A DNA stretch of 64,000 nucleotides from Desulfomicrobium sp. (GTDB taxonomy: Bacteria; Desulfobacterota; Desulfovibrionia; Desulfovibrionales; Desulfomicrobiaceae). The stretch spans positions 256,001 through 320,000 of the forward strand of contig JAXGMI010000002.1 in NCBI GenBank assembly GCA_040768745.1. The letters are read 5' to 3'. A program made the translations under genes and the position numbers. The notes under the pieces are model-generated. The model ran no database searches and had not been told where the DNA came from. It saw only the letters and a program-made list of their open reading frames with translations. Shown here piece after piece: positions 48,807-59,592 of this stretch (the first letter of the stretch is position 1; every line of letters begins with the position of its first letter).

Positions 48807-49892
48807 TCAATCGGTAATGAGTTGGCGGAACGCAATGGAATGCCAGGAATGGCATTTGGGACAGCAGAAAAAAATCTGACCTCGCTTCAAGCCACAGCGC
48901 GAACAGATGAAACGTTTTACCTGCCTGGCGCGGCGCAGCAGAAAGTCGAGCTGCATTTCGAATACCGGGGTCATCTGTTGCTGGGGCAGGGACATGGTCA
49001 AAAGCTCCAGCCGCGCTGGCCAGAAGGAAGGATTCAGCAGCAGGGCTTTTTCCTGCCAGGTCTTGGCCTCCTCGATGCGGCCATGGGCACGCAGCAGGCA
49101 TCCTGAATAAAAGAGCAGGGCGAGATTTTGGGGCTGCCTGTTCACGATGTGCAGCAAGGTGTCCAGATGCTCCAAGGGGAGCAGGGCGGCTGAAGGAGTG
49201 CCTGTTTCGGTGTGATCAAGGAGCGGGTCCAAAAGTAAAAAGGCCAGGTCCGATCCTACGGCGGACAGTCCCTGGTCGAGTTGGGACAACAGGTCCACCC
49301 AGGCCTCCCGCTGAACAAGGAGAACAATGCTCTCCAACCATGCTTCAGGGGACGCAGCATACATCTCCTTGGCTTCCTGGAGCAGCCCAGGATGCATGGT
49401 GCCATCCTTGGAACTGGCAGCACGGACCAGGTAATGGGCAGCCTGAGGGGCAAGGCCGATCTTGTGATACTGCCGGCTTGCTTCCAGAAAATCGCCGCTT
49501 TTTGCCGAGAGGAGTGCAAGCTCAAGCTCCAGGGCCGGGGTATGACTGCCCAACTCACGGCAGCGCGTGAAGGCGTCCCTGGCCCGGTCCAGGATGCCGG
49601 CCCGCGAATAATCTCTGCCCAGCTCGAAGAACACCTGGGCCCGATCCACGGGATCCAGATCGGGTCTGTCGATAATGGCTCCACGGATCTGGATGGCCCG
49701 GTCAAGTTCCCCGCGAAGACGATACAGATTGCCCAGTGCTGAGCAGATTTCCACAGCTCCTTGCTGGATTTTCATGGCCCGCGAAAGATGGCTGATGGCC
49801 GTCAATGCATCCTGCGCCGGATTTGATGGCTCCGTCGTCAGGAGATGGTCAGCGGTATCGCGCAGTCCCAAGAGGGACTTGAGCCATTGCAT
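48807..49892 (-). CDS. lapB: LapB-like TPR protein with C-terminal rubredoxin-like domain
   Basis: ALGNLYR.RGELDRAI, TPR repeats, CSRCG...CPKCHSW. Confidence 0.8.
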   Translation of the reverse strand: MQWLKSLLGLRDTADHLLTTEPSNPAQDALTAISHLSRAMKIQQGAVEICSALGNLYRLRGELDRAIQIRGAIIDRPDLDPVDRAQVFFELGRDYSRAGILDRARDAFTRCRELGSHTPALELELALLSAKSGDFLEASRQYHKIGLAPQAAHYLVRAASSKDGTMHPGLLQEAKEMYAASPEAWLESIVLLVQREAWVDLLSQLDQGLSAVGSDLAFLLLDPLLDHTETGTPSAALLPLEHLDTLLHIVNRQPQNLALLFYSGCLLRAHGRIEEAKTWQEKALLLNPSFWPARLELLTMSLPQQQMTPVFEMQLDFLLRRARQVKRFICSRCGLKRGQIFFCCPKCHSWHSIAFRQLITD

Positions 49893-49895
49893 GCA

Positions 49896-50927
49896 TCACT
49901 CCTTGGATAAATGCCGGGCGTACCAGTCCCCGGCTTGGGCGAGCCCCTTTCGCACATCGTAAACAGGATCATAGCCCAACAGGGCTTTGCTTTTGGAAAT
50001 ATCGGCCAGGGAATGGCGGACATCACCGGCCCGAAAATCCCGGTACAGCGGCGCGGCGGTGGCGCAAGCCGGGTTGACCTTGCCGGCTTCGCTCCGGATC
50101 AGCGAAAAGAGCTCATTCAAAGAGGTGCGTTGGCCAAAGGCAACATTGAAAACCTGGCCTGGAACCTCAGGATGATCAGCGCATGCTGCCAGGATATTGG
50201 CCTGGACGCAATTCTCGATGAAGCAGAAATCGCGGCTGGTCTCCCCATCTCCGTTGATCCAGACCTCCCCGCCGTGCAGAAGTCCGGCAAACCATTTGGG
50301 TATAACAGCAGCATAGGCTCCCTGGGGATCCTGGCGGCGGCCGAAGATATTGAAGTACCGGAGTCCCACACTGTCCAGCCCGTAGGTTTTCAGGAAAACC
50401 CCGGCATAGAGTTCGTTCACGTATTTCGTCACCGCATAGGGCGAGAGGGGATTGCCGATGACCTCTTCGACCTTGGGCAATGCGGGATGATCGCCATAGG
50501 TGGAGCTGGACGCGGCATAGACGAAACGCCGCACGCCTTCGTCCTTGGCCGCAACGAGCATGTTCAGGAATCCAGTCACGTTGTTGGCATTGGTCAGCAA
50601 CGGATCGACGATAGACCTCGGAACTGAACCCAGGGCAGCCTGATGAAGAACAAAATCCACCTCCGCGCAGACGTTACGGCAGGTGTCCAGCTCCCGGATG
50701 TCCCCTTCGATGAAGGTGAACCTGTCCCACTGTGCTTGCGTCACGCTATTTCGGACTTCATCCAGATTGGAACGGTATCCGGTGGAGAAATTGTCCAGCC
50801 CCTTAACTCTCTGCCCAAGTCTCAGCAAACTTTCCAGGAGGTTGGAGCCAATGAATCCAGCAACGCCGGTGATGAGCCAATGCTGAGGGGAAATCTGCAA
50901 CGTTTCAAGCACAGACTGGTAGTTCAT
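49896..50927 (-). CDS. UDP-GlcNAc(A) 4-epimerase (WbpP/TviC-like SDR)
   Basis: [30 protein letters not shown]. Confidence 0.9.
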   Translation of the reverse strand: MNYQSVLETLQISPQHWLITGVAGFIGSNLLESLLRLGQRVKGLDNFSTGYRSNLDEVRNSVTQAQWDRFTFIEGDIRELDTCRNVCAEVDFVLHQAALGSVPRSIVDPLLTNANNVTGFLNMLVAAKDEGVRRFVYAASSSTYGDHPALPKVEEVIGNPLSPYAVTKYVNELYAGVFLKTYGLDSVGLRYFNIFGRRQDPQGAYAAVIPKWFAGLLHGGEVWINGDGETSRDFCFIENCVQANILAACADHPEVPGQVFNVAFGQRTSLNELFSLIRSEAGKVNPACATAAPLYRDFRAGDVRHSLADISKSKALLGYDPVYDVRKGLAQAGDWYARHLSKE

Positions 50928-51010
50928 GGTTTGTCCTTTTCGAAAAAAATTGCGTCCCGAAAGATCAAGTCTCGGGACGCAAGATCACGGCGGAGCGTAA
51001 CGTCTTGGAA

Positions 51011-51361
51011 TCAGCTCTGGATGTTCTCAGCTGAGTCTGTGGACGAGTATGTGTCGTCGACTGACTTGGGCCGAAGGGATGCGATTTCGTTCTCCAGGGA
51101 ATCCATTTGTTTTCTGAACTGCTTGCACTGCTTGGAAAGACGGACTCTTTCCAGAAAAAAATAGAGGGTGCACAACAGGGATCCAACCACAAATGACATG
51201 AGGATGATGAGGTAAAAGGGTACTGCCTCGGTCTGGTAATGCCAGCCGAATAACTTGAGTTCCAAACTCAGTTCTTGAATCAGGATGGCATGGTTCTGAA
51301 TGAAGAAAAGCATGGAAAAAAAGAAAAGTGCTATCAGCCCTAACACCTTGAGATAACGCAT
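51011..51361 (-). CDS. lapA: LapA-family membrane protein
   Basis: Two TM segments with FFIQN, then a coiled coil. Lies near lapB. Confidence 0.8.
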   Translation of the reverse strand: MRYLKVLGLIALFFFSMLFFIQNHAILIQELSLELKLFGWHYQTEAVPFYLIILMSFVVGSLLCTLYFFLERVRLSKQCKQFRKQMDSLENEIASLRPKSVDDTYSSTDSAENIQS

Positions 51362-51366
51362 CCGTA

Positions 51367-51861
51367 TCACCTCTGCCGTTGAAGGTTGTCAAAAAAAGGT
51401 TGTAGTCGTTCGTAGGTCGATCGCAGGTGTTCCGGGAGAACATTGGTTTCGGACATAATGGCCATAAAGGAGTGGTCTCCATTCCATCGCGGGACCAGGT
51501 GGACATGGAGGTGTTCTCTGATTCCAGCACCTGCGGCCTCGCCAATATTCACCCCGATATTTATACCGTGCGGTCTGAAAGCTTGCTCTAGAATAAAAGA
51601 ACTCTTTTGTACATAGTCCATAACCTCGTGACATTCCAATGCTGTCAGTTCCGTAATGCTGCTGACGTGGCGGTAGGGGGTGACCATAAGATGGCCATTG
51701 CTGTAGGGAAAGATGTTCATGATCACGAAGCAGTGTTCGGCGCGGCAGAGGACGAAACGCACCTCGTCTTCATCCGTGGAATGGGGCAGACAGAAAACGC
51801 ATGCATCGGGCTTGGGACCGAGAATGTAGTTGATGCGCCAGGGCGCATGGATGGTTTTCAT
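51367..51861 (-). CDS. HIT-family hydrolase
   Basis: APWR, CVFC, NIFPY..GHLMV, HLHVHLVPRW. Confidence 0.93.
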   Translation of the reverse strand: MKTIHAPWRINYILGPKPDACVFCLPHSTDEDEVRFVLCRAEHCFVIMNIFPYSNGHLMVTPYRHVSSITELTALECHEVMDYVQKSSFILEQAFRPHGINIGVNIGEAAGAGIREHLHVHLVPRWNGDHSFMAIMSETNVLPEHLRSTYERLQPFFDNLQRQR

Positions 51862-51870
51862 GATCGATTC

Positions 51871-52611
51871 CTACAGGATCTGGCTCAGGAACTTCTGGGT
51901 ACGGGGGTGTTCCGGGCTGGTGAAGAAATGTTCCGGGGTGCCCGTCTCCACTATTTGTCCGTGATCCATGAAAATGATCCGATCCGCCACTTCCCGGGCA
52001 AACCCCATTTCATGGGTGACCACGACCATGGTCATGCCCTCCTTGGCCAGGGTGACCATGACATCCAGCACCTCTCCGATCATTTCCGGATCCAGGGCAG
52101 AGGTGGGTTCGTCGAACAACATGATCTTCGGATTCATGGCCAGGGCCCGGGCAATTGCCACACGCTGCTGCTGACCTCCTGAGAGCATGCTTGGGTAGAC
52201 ATCCGCCTTTTCCTGGATACCGACTTTGCGCAGGAGGTTCAGCGCCTGTTTTTTTGCATCCTGTGCCGGCACTTTTTTCAGTTTCATGGGTGCCATGATC
52301 AGGTTGCCCAGGACCGTCTTGTGCGGAAAAAGATTGAAACTCTGAAAAACCATGCCCAATTCCTGTCGGATGACATTGATGTCGCTTCCTGATGCGTAGA
52401 TGTCCTGGCCATTGACGATGATTGTCCCGCTGTCGATGGTTTCCAGACGGTTGATGGATCTGAGGAGGGTGGACTTGCCTGAACCGCTGGGCCCGATGAT
52501 GACCACCTTCTCCCCGGTGTCGACGGACAGGCTGACGTTTTTCAGGGCATGCAGTTGGCCAAAGGATTTGCAGATATTCGAAATTTCGATGGTGGGCCTA
52601 GTCCCGCTCAT
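51871..52611 (-). CDS. Polar amino-acid ABC transporter ATP-binding protein
   Basis: [27 protein letters not shown]. Confidence 0.95.
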   Translation of the reverse strand: MSGTRPTIEISNICKSFGQLHALKNVSLSVDTGEKVVIIGPSGSGKSTLLRSINRLETIDSGTIIVNGQDIYASGSDINVIRQELGMVFQSFNLFPHKTVLGNLIMAPMKLKKVPAQDAKKQALNLLRKVGIQEKADVYPSMLSGGQQQRVAIARALAMNPKIMLFDEPTSALDPEMIGEVLDVMVTLAKEGMTMVVVTHEMGFAREVADRIIFMDHGQIVETGTPEHFFTSPEHPRTQKFLSQIL

Positions 52612-53404
52612 AATAATTCAACCTCTGTTCCATTTTGCTGACAGCCTTGGACAAAAACAGGGTGACGACCAGATAGACCAGGGCCACCATGGTGTAGGCT
52701 TCGAAATACAGGAAGGATTCGCTGGCAAATTCCCGGCCCCGGCGTAACAGATCCGAGACGGCCAGGATGGACACTAGGGAACTGTCCTTGAGCAGGGCGA
52801 TGAATTCGTTTCCAACGGGGGGCAGGATGGTGCGCCATGCCTGAGGCAGGATGACCAGCGTCATTGTCTGGGCACGATTGAAACCGAGGGATCTGGCCGC
52901 CTCGGTCTGGCCCTTGTCGATGGAGTCGATGCCAGCCCGGAAAACCTCGCCCATATAGGCCCCGTAGCAGATGCCCATGGCCACCACTGCTGCGGCCAGA
53001 GGGGGCAAGTCTTTGAACAGCTCGATCCTGCCCAGGGCGTAGTAGATGTAAAAAAGCTGGACCAAGAGCGGGATGCCGCGGATGACCTCCACGTAGGTGG
53101 AGGCGATGAGGTTGATGAGCCGGTTGCGGGAGAGGCGCCCCAGGCCGGTGATGAGCCCCAGGACCAGGGACAGGAGGATGGATAAAATCGTGACCTGGAA
53201 CGTGACCAGAATCCCGTCAGGAAGGAATTTGAGGATGCGCCAGTAGGGGTCCGGCTTTACAGCGCAGAGGTAAATGATGATCCCGATGGCGCCGAAAAAA
53301 GTCATCCACCAGGCGTTGAAAAGGCCCAGATCCTTGCGGACGGGTATGGCGGCACCATCGCTGATATCGATTTTAACTTCTTTTTTTGGGATTTTCTGGG
53401 TCAT
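52598..53404 (-). CDS. Polar amino-acid ABC transporter permease
   Basis: [32 protein letters not shown]. Confidence 0.95.
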   Translation of the reverse strand: MTQKIPKKEVKIDISDGAAIPVRKDLGLFNAWWMTFFGAIGIIIYLCAVKPDPYWRILKFLPDGILVTFQVTILSILLSLVLGLITGLGRLSRNRLINLIASTYVEVIRGIPLLVQLFYIYYALGRIELFKDLPPLAAAVVAMGICYGAYMGEVFRAGIDSIDKGQTEAARSLGFNRAQTMTLVILPQAWRTILPPVGNEFIALLKDSSLVSILAVSDLLRRGREFASESFLYFEAYTMVALVYLVVTLFLSKAVSKMEQRLNYYERD

Positions 53405-53450
53405 GGCTGGCCGTGTTCCATGGACGGTGATGAATGATGAATTTCAGGGC

Positions 53451-53481
53451 AAAGAAAAGCCGGGGCAGTGCTGCCCCGGCT
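53451..53481 (-). terminator. Terminator or stabilising hairpin between the binding protein and permease genes
   Basis: Minus strand AGCCGGGGCAG-C-ACTGCCCCGGCT-TTTCTTT. Confidence 0.7.
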
Positions 53482-53488
53482 GAGATGG

Positions 53489-54229
53489 CTATTTGGTGCT
53501 GAACCACTTCTTGTAGATTGCGTCGTACTCACCATTTTCCTTGATTTTCTTCAGGCCTGCATTGATCAGTTCGCGGGTCTTGTCATCGCCCTTCTTGACG
53601 GCGATGCCCAGGTACTCGGGTTTTTCAGGGGTGATGAGATAGGCCAGGGTCAGTTTTTTGGAATACTGCTCATGCTGCAGGGCATAGTTGGAAGCCACGG
53701 CATCGTCGGCGATGACGGCATCGCATCGGCCATTGTAGAGATCTTCGACAGCCAGGCCGATTTCATCATAGGATTTGGCCTTGGCCCCTTCTATCTTCTT
53801 GCAGACAAAGTAACCCGTGGTGCCGATCTGGGACGCCACTGTCTTGCCGGCCAAGTCAGCCAGGGAGTTGACAGTCACCCCTTTGGCGACGATGACGCCT
53901 TGTTTGACGTCAAAATAGGGGTCGGTGAAGTCCATGGTGGCCTTGCGTTCGTCAGTAATGGACACGGAGGAGCAGATGGCGTCGTATTTCCCAGCGGCCA
54001 GCCCTGCGAAAATGCCGTCCCAGGCCGTGTTTTTCGTCACTGCATTGAAGCCCGCGGCCTTACCGATGGCCGCCACGAGCTCCGGTCCAAATCCGACAAT
54101 ATTCTTCTGGGCATCCACCATCTCCATGGGTGGATAGGTGGCATCGACCGCGAAAACCAGATCCTTGGCCAGGGCACTTCCGGTCAGACAGAAAAAGGTG
54201 AGCAGAACAACCACGAACCGTTTGAACAT
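53489..54229 (-). CDS. Polar (basic) amino-acid ABC transporter substrate-binding protein
   Basis: Signal peptide, DATYPPME, WDGIFAGL, ITDERK. RBS GGAGG. Confidence 0.93.
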   Translation of the reverse strand: MFKRFVVVLLTFFCLTGSALAKDLVFAVDATYPPMEMVDAQKNIVGFGPELVAAIGKAAGFNAVTKNTAWDGIFAGLAAGKYDAICSSVSITDERKATMDFTDPYFDVKQGVIVAKGVTVNSLADLAGKTVASQIGTTGYFVCKKIEGAKAKSYDEIGLAVEDLYNGRCDAVIADDAVASNYALQHEQYSKKLTLAYLITPEKPEYLGIAVKKGDDKTRELINAGLKKIKENGEYDAIYKKWFSTK

Positions 54230-54318
54230 ACGTCCTCCAAATCTGATAAAATGGTGAATCCTGAACATGCAGTGCATGAAGTCGACAAAAAAATTGTTAA
54301 AGAATTGCTGTGGTCAGG

Positions 54319-56985
54319 TCAAGAATGGTGGTCTGCTGGCTGTCTCTGCAGTTCCTCGACCAGGGACCGGGCCAAGAGCAGCTGTTCCTCCCTGGTTCGC
54401 GCTTCGTTGTTGAGAACGGCCCGCTTGACGGTCTGCAAGATGATGGAAAATTCAGGTCCCGGGCGCAGGCCCATGGCTTCGATGTCCCTGCCGGAAACGG
54501 CGATGGCCATATCCTGCAGATGGGTCAAGTACAGGGACAACGCTTTTTTCAGCTCCTGTCTGCGCTGTTTGGCCATGGAGTAGAGCAGTCCCTCAAGGGA
54601 AAGTGGGCGGAGGATGTCGTACAGGTCGGCTCGAGATCCCTTCTTTTTTCCCCATTGGGCGAGCTGCATTGCCATGTAACGGAGTTGGCGGCGGGTGGTT
54701 TCGATCAGCTCAACGCGCTTGGGAGAAAATTGCAGGCGGGATGTCAGGGTCTGCACCTGTTGCGGATCAAAGCCCGAGACCAGACCAAGGAAGTAGACGA
54801 TCCAGATATCCGGATTTTTCTCGCGGAAGAGAAGCTTGTACCAAGTGATGACCTTCTCGATCTCCTGCAGCAAAGATTCCTTGGTCGGGGGGAAGTGGAG
54901 CAGGGGATGGATTTCCATCAACAGGCCCAGGTCCCGCATGCGCACGAGCCCGTCCACTGGAGCTGAATCCTCAGTCAGCAAGCGCAGTTCATGACGTATG
55001 CGGGCCCCGGATAGGCGTTGGAAAATATTCAGCCGCACGGCGTTTTTGATCAACCTCTCGGTCTGGCTCCCGATTTTGAACTGGAACCGTTGTTCAAACC
55101 GGATAGCCCGGATGATGCGGGTCGGATCTTCCACAAACGAAAGGGAGTGAAGAACGCGGATGATTCCGTCCTTCAGATCCTGCTGGCCGCCGAAAAAATC
55201 CACCAGTTTTCCGAAGTGGGGCGGGCACAGATGTATGGCCAGCGTGTTGATGGAAAAGTCCCTTCGGTAAAGGTCCATCTTGAGCGAGGAAAGTTCCACG
55301 ATGGGGAGGGCGGCAGGATACTCGTAATATTCCAGTCGGGCGGTGGCCACGTCTATTTTCTGGCCAGTGGGCAGGATGAGTACAGATGTGCGGAATTTAA
55401 GATGGGGTCGTACCCTGGCCTGCAGCCTCCCTCCCAGCGTCTGGGCGAAGGAGATGCCGTCACCTTCCACCACCAAATCGAGATCGTCATTGGGGATGTT
55501 CAGCAGCGCGTCCCGCACGAACCCTCCCACGGCATAGACATCTACCCCCATTTCACGTCCGATCTGTCCTGCAAGCTGGAGAAGCTGGATCATGTCCTCT
55601 GGGAGCCGCTCATGCAGCATTTGCCGGACATTTCTTTCCTGCCGTTTGTCTGACAGGGACGCTTCGGGAATGCGGGCCGGTTCCTGGATAAGGATGTTGA
55701 TGAGGTCCGTGCGGGTGATGACCCCTATCAGCTCCTGATTTCGCAAAACAGGCACCAGGCGTTGACGGCGTCCCAGGATGATTTCCATGACCCGGTAAAG
55801 GTCCTGATCCTCTGTCACCGTTTCAAAGTCTTCAAGCATGTACTCCACCACGCGTTCATCACCCAGGCCGTGACCAACACCCTTGTCGGCCACAGTACTC
55901 TCGATGATGCCGCAGGCCTGGCCGTCTTCAACCACCGGGAGGGCCTTGAGACCGTAGCGGATCATGATCTCTGCAGCCTCGGCCAGACTCTGGGATGCTT
56001 TGATACGGACCACCGGGGAAGACATGTATTCCCGGACCGAAAGCTGGGGATTGATGTGTGAATAGAGCAGGGCAAAAAGTTCATCCTTTACCTGAGATAT
56101 GGTGCGATCCTTGATCGAGGCTGAAGCGGCATAAGGATGTCCTCCCCCGCCAAAGGAAGAGCAGACCATACCCACATCCACTTCCGGAACCTTGCTGCGG
56201 GCGACAAGCTGGATGCGGTCTCCCATGCGGCCGATGGCAAAAAGAACGCGGATTTTTTCCATGTCCATGAGTTTGTGGGTGAGCAGGGCAAAATCACCAA
56301 CATAGCTTTCCAGGGACACATCGGCCAGGACTATCTCAACACCGTTGATGGTGTGGGTGGAAGAGGAGTCGATGAGTTCCGAGAGGATGGCAACCTGCTC
56401 GGAAGACAGATCGCGGCTCATGATGTCCCGGATGACATCCAGGTCCATGCCCATGGTGCGCAGCCATGCCGCAGCCTCGAAATCGTGTCCGGTGGTGGCG
56501 CTGAACATGAATCCTCCGGTGTCCTCGAAGATGCCAAGGCCAAGAATCGTGGCTTCGTCTTCGGAGACAGCGAGGGAAAGCTCTCGGATCCTGTCCACGA
56601 TGATGGATGTTGTGGCACCCCAGGGCCGACAGAACTCCTCTGTCCCGGTCAGGGCGTCTTCGGAAGGCGGGTGATGGTCGTAGATATGGATTTCCAGGCC
56701 GGGAATGGCAAGGAGGGGCTCGACATGGGTGAGCCGGGCCCGCTGTCGTGTGTCCACGACGACCAGGAGACGAACCGCGTCCAGATCGATGTCCTTTAAG
56801 GACTGGAAATTGAAAAGATACATGGCGCTCTGGACGAAATAGTCCTTGAGCGAGGTCTCCTGGGAGCCGGGAAAAACCAGAGCTGCTCCGGGATAAAGCT
56901 TGTTGGCCGCGATCATGGCTGCAAGGGCGTCAAAATCGGCGTTTGCGTGACAGGTGATGACCGTGGAGGGATGTATTGGTGTCAT
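54319..56985 (-). CDS. DHH-CBS-nucleotidyltransferase, probable A-adding tRNA nucleotidyltransferase
   Basis: DFD and DHH motifs, GGGGH, CBS pair, VGGFVRD..DLDLV, DLYRRDF, EDPTRI. Confidence 0.85.
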   Translation of the reverse strand: MTPIHPSTVITCHANADFDALAAMIAANKLYPGAALVFPGSQETSLKDYFVQSAMYLFNFQSLKDIDLDAVRLLVVVDTRQRARLTHVEPLLAIPGLEIHIYDHHPPSEDALTGTEEFCRPWGATTSIIVDRIRELSLAVSEDEATILGLGIFEDTGGFMFSATTGHDFEAAAWLRTMGMDLDVIRDIMSRDLSSEQVAILSELIDSSSTHTINGVEIVLADVSLESYVGDFALLTHKLMDMEKIRVLFAIGRMGDRIQLVARSKVPEVDVGMVCSSFGGGGHPYAASASIKDRTISQVKDELFALLYSHINPQLSVREYMSSPVVRIKASQSLAEAAEIMIRYGLKALPVVEDGQACGIIESTVADKGVGHGLGDERVVEYMLEDFETVTEDQDLYRVMEIILGRRQRLVPVLRNQELIGVITRTDLINILIQEPARIPEASLSDKRQERNVRQMLHERLPEDMIQLLQLAGQIGREMGVDVYAVGGFVRDALLNIPNDDLDLVVEGDGISFAQTLGGRLQARVRPHLKFRTSVLILPTGQKIDVATARLEYYEYPAALPIVELSSLKMDLYRRDFSINTLAIHLCPPHFGKLVDFFGGQQDLKDGIIRVLHSLSFVEDPTRIIRAIRFEQRFQFKIGSQTERLIKNAVRLNIFQRLSGARIRHELRLLTEDSAPVDGLVRMRDLGLLMEIHPLLHFPPTKESLLQEIEKVITWYKLLFREKNPDIWIVYFLGLVSGFDPQQVQTLTSRLQFSPKRVELIETTRRQLRYMAMQLAQWGKKKGSRADLYDILRPLSLEGLLYSMAKQRRQELKKALSLYLTHLQDMAIAVSGRDIEAMGLRPGPEFSIILQTVKRAVLNNEARTREEQLLLARSLVEELQRQPADHHS

Positions 56986-57863
56986 TATGATCGCGGATGG
57001 AATTTGCGGTGCAGGGCGATCATGCGCATCGCCTGCACATGGGTGTAAATTTCCGTGGCCATGATATCGCTGTGTCCGAGCAGGATTTGCACGGTGCGCA
57101 GATCAGCCCCGCCATCAAGAAGATGGGTGGCAAAGGAGTGGCGGAACGTGTGGGGAGAGACGTCACGGGAAATGCCTGCCTCCCGGGCATAGCGGCGGAT
57201 GAGCTTCCACACGCCCTGACGGGAAAGGCCCATTCCCGAGCGGTTCACAAAGACCTTGTCACATTTGGGTCCCAGCAGGGGGCGCCAATGGCGCACATAT
57301 TCCATGATGCAGGCGACGGCCTCCTGATGCAGGGGGACGTGACGTTCCTTGCTGCCCTTGCCCAGGATGCGCAGCAGTCCCACCTGGGCGTCGAAATCAG
57401 CCAGATTCATGCTGACCAGTTCCGAGACACGCAGGCCGCACGCGTAAAGGAGTTCCAGCATGGCACGATCCCGAAATCCAAGCCTGTCGCTCGTGTCCGG
57501 CCGGGCCAACATGGCGGTGATCTCTTCCCTGGAGAGGACATTGGGAAGCTTTCGGGGCAGCTTAGGGCTGTCCAGAAGCGCTGCCGGATTAACGGTGATG
57601 ACGCGCTCCTGCACGAGAAAATCGAAAAAACCCCGCAAGCTGGACATGTTGCGGGCCAAGGATGTGTTTTTGAGGCCACGGCGGCGCAGATGGACCAGAT
57701 ACAGGAAAACAGTGTCCTCATCGACACTGTCAGGGCTGCCGCGGTGCTCTTTCAGGAAGGATCGGAAAAAAGCCAGGTCGGACCCGTAAGACTCGACTGT
57801 TTTTTCCGCCAACCCGCGGATGACGGTCAGGTGCTCGAGGTAGGCATCGATGTGTTCATGCAT
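56985..57863 (-). CDS. xerD: Site-specific tyrosine recombinase XerD
   Basis: RDRAMLELLYACGLRVSEL, GKGSKER, HTFRHSFATH, LGH, TEIYTHV. Confidence 0.9.
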   Translation of the reverse strand: MHEHIDAYLEHLTVIRGLAEKTVESYGSDLAFFRSFLKEHRGSPDSVDEDTVFLYLVHLRRRGLKNTSLARNMSSLRGFFDFLVQERVITVNPAALLDSPKLPRKLPNVLSREEITAMLARPDTSDRLGFRDRAMLELLYACGLRVSELVSMNLADFDAQVGLLRILGKGSKERHVPLHQEAVACIMEYVRHWRPLLGPKCDKVFVNRSGMGLSRQGVWKLIRRYAREAGISRDVSPHTFRHSFATHLLDGGADLRTVQILLGHSDIMATEIYTHVQAMRMIALHRKFHPRS

Positions 57864-57901
57864 GCGCAATCACGCTACATCTGGCCTCTTGCCTGCACAA
57901 G

Positions 57902-58432
57902 ATGAAAAAGGTAGCTTTTTTTCAAATGCCTAGCTGCAAGGAAATTCCCGGGTACATCAGCCTGGGTTCGAACATGGGAGATCCCCGGGCCAACATCGCG
58001 CAGGCCCTGCAGGTCCTGCGCGGGATGTTGCGCGTCGATGCTGTTTCTCCCGTATTCTGGACAGAGCCCCAAGACCTGCGGAACCAAGACTGGTTCGCCA
58101 ATTGTGTTGCCAGGATCATGGTTTGTGCAGAGGCAGACCCTGAGGATCTCCTCGCCTCATTGTCCAGGGTGGAGCAGGAGCTGGGCAGGGTCCGGAACCG
58201 ACCCAGTGGCCCCCGGACCATGGATATCGATATTCTGCTGCTTGGAGACCTGGAGTGGCATTCCGAGACGCTGCACATTCCCCACCCGCGCATGTGCCAG
58301 CGGGCTTTTGTTTTGATTCCACTCATGCATCTGGCTCCGGATTTGCGCATCCAGGGCCTGCGTGCTTCACAGTGGCTGTCGCGGCTTGCGTACTCCGTTG
58401 AAGGAGACCGCATCTGGCAGGCCCAGCCCTAA
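57902..58432 (+). CDS. folK: 6-hydroxymethyl-7,8-dihydropterin pyrophosphokinase
   Basis: SLGSN, GPRTMDIDIL, PHPRM..RAFVL. Confidence 0.94.
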   Translation: MKKVAFFQMPSCKEIPGYISLGSNMGDPRANIAQALQVLRGMLRVDAVSPVFWTEPQDLRNQDWFANCVARIMVCAEADPEDLLASLSRVEQELGRVRNRPSGPRTMDIDILLLGDLEWHSETLHIPHPRMCQRAFVLIPLMHLAPDLRIQGLRASQWLSRLAYSVEGDRIWQAQP

Positions 58433-58450
58433 CTTCTTTTGAGGTGACTG

Positions 58451-58705
58451 ATGATCAAGTTTCTTGTTTTCGCCGCAGCATGCTTTCTGCTCTACAAGTT
58501 GATAACGAATGATCGGAAGAAGAAGGTTGAGATCAAGACAACCCACAATGAAGATCTGGCCAAGGAGGGGGTGCTGGTCAAGGACCCTGTCTGCGGGACA
58601 TACGTGTCCAAGGATTCGGATATCCGCATCAAAGAAGGTGAAGAGGTACGCTGCTTTTGCAGTTATGAATGCCGGGACAAATATCTGAAAATGATCCGGT
58701 CCTAA
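58451..58705 (+). CDS. Small membrane-anchored YHS/TRASH-domain protein
   Basis: N-terminal [11 protein letters not shown]...FCSYEC. RBS GAGGTG. Confidence 0.82.
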   Translation: MIKFLVFAAACFLLYKLITNDRKKKVEIKTTHNEDLAKEGVLVKDPVCGTYVSKDSDIRIKEGEEVRCFCSYECRDKYLKMIRS

Positions 58706-58718
58706 AAAAGGAGTTCCC

Positions 58719-59363
58719 ATGCAATTCTTCATCGACACTGCCAATCTGAAAGAAATCAAGGCGGCAATGGCCATGGGTTTGGTGGACGGGGTGACCACCA
58801 ACCCGAGCCTCATGGCCAAGGAAGCTGACAACTGGCAGAGCATAGCCAAGGAGATCTGCGCCCTGGTAACCGGACCGGTGAGCCTTGAAGTCATTGCCCT
58901 GGATTCAGAGGGCATGGTCCGAGAAGCACGGGAGTTGATGGAGTATGGACCGAATGTCGTGGTCAAGGTGCCCATGACGGCAGAGGGTCTGAAAGCCGTG
59001 CGCATCCTCCGATCCATGGATATCGAAACGAACGTGACCCTGATTTTTTCCGCTGCCCAGGCCTTGCTTGCCGCCAAGGCCGGCGCAACCTATGTCAGTC
59101 CATTTCTGGGTCGCCTGGATGACGTGGGTCAGAATGGCATGGACCTGGTTCGACAGACCATGACCATCTTTGAAAATTACGGATTTTCCACTCGAATCAT
59201 CGCGGCCAGCATCCGCAGCCCCATGCATGTTCTCGAAGCGGCCCTGGCCGGCGCACATGTCGTCACCGTCCCGTACAAGGTTCTGACACAACTCATGTCG
59301 CACCCTTTGACGGACAAGGGAATTTCTACCTTCTTGCAGGATTGGGAAAAGAAACAGTCCTGA
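58719..59363 (+). CDS. fsa: Fructose-6-phosphate aldolase / transaldolase
   Basis: [38 protein letters not shown]. Confidence 0.93.
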   Translation: MQFFIDTANLKEIKAAMAMGLVDGVTTNPSLMAKEADNWQSIAKEICALVTGPVSLEVIALDSEGMVREARELMEYGPNVVVKVPMTAEGLKAVRILRSMDIETNVTLIFSAAQALLAAKAGATYVSPFLGRLDDVGQNGMDLVRQTMTIFENYGFSTRIIAASIRSPMHVLEAALAGAHVVTVPYKVLTQLMSHPLTDKGISTFLQDWEKKQS

Positions 59364-59388
59364 AGGCTGAGCAGTGTGTTCTATGCCT

Positions 59389-59412
59389 AGCCCGCAGCGA
59401 GCGGGCTTTTTT
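59389..59412 (+). terminator. Intrinsic terminator
   Basis: AGCCCGC-AGCGA-GCGGGCT-TTTTT. Confidence 0.82.
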
Positions 59413-59592
59413 GCGCAGACGAGTTGCCGAACGGTTTTATTTTTGTCTCATAATGTAAATTATGTAAACTTTAATAAAATTCAACACACTGGAATGCCTG
59501 ACTATTGCCGAAGCCCGATGTGCTTTGTTATGAAATTGTCAGTCACCGCCCCGGTTGTCTGCACTGTTCGATGATCTACAGAAGGAGTTTCC

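Noticed and set aside
56985..57863. Prophage or island integrase
   Set aside because: Size, motifs and housekeeping context fit chromosomal XerD. No att sites or cargo genes are evident.
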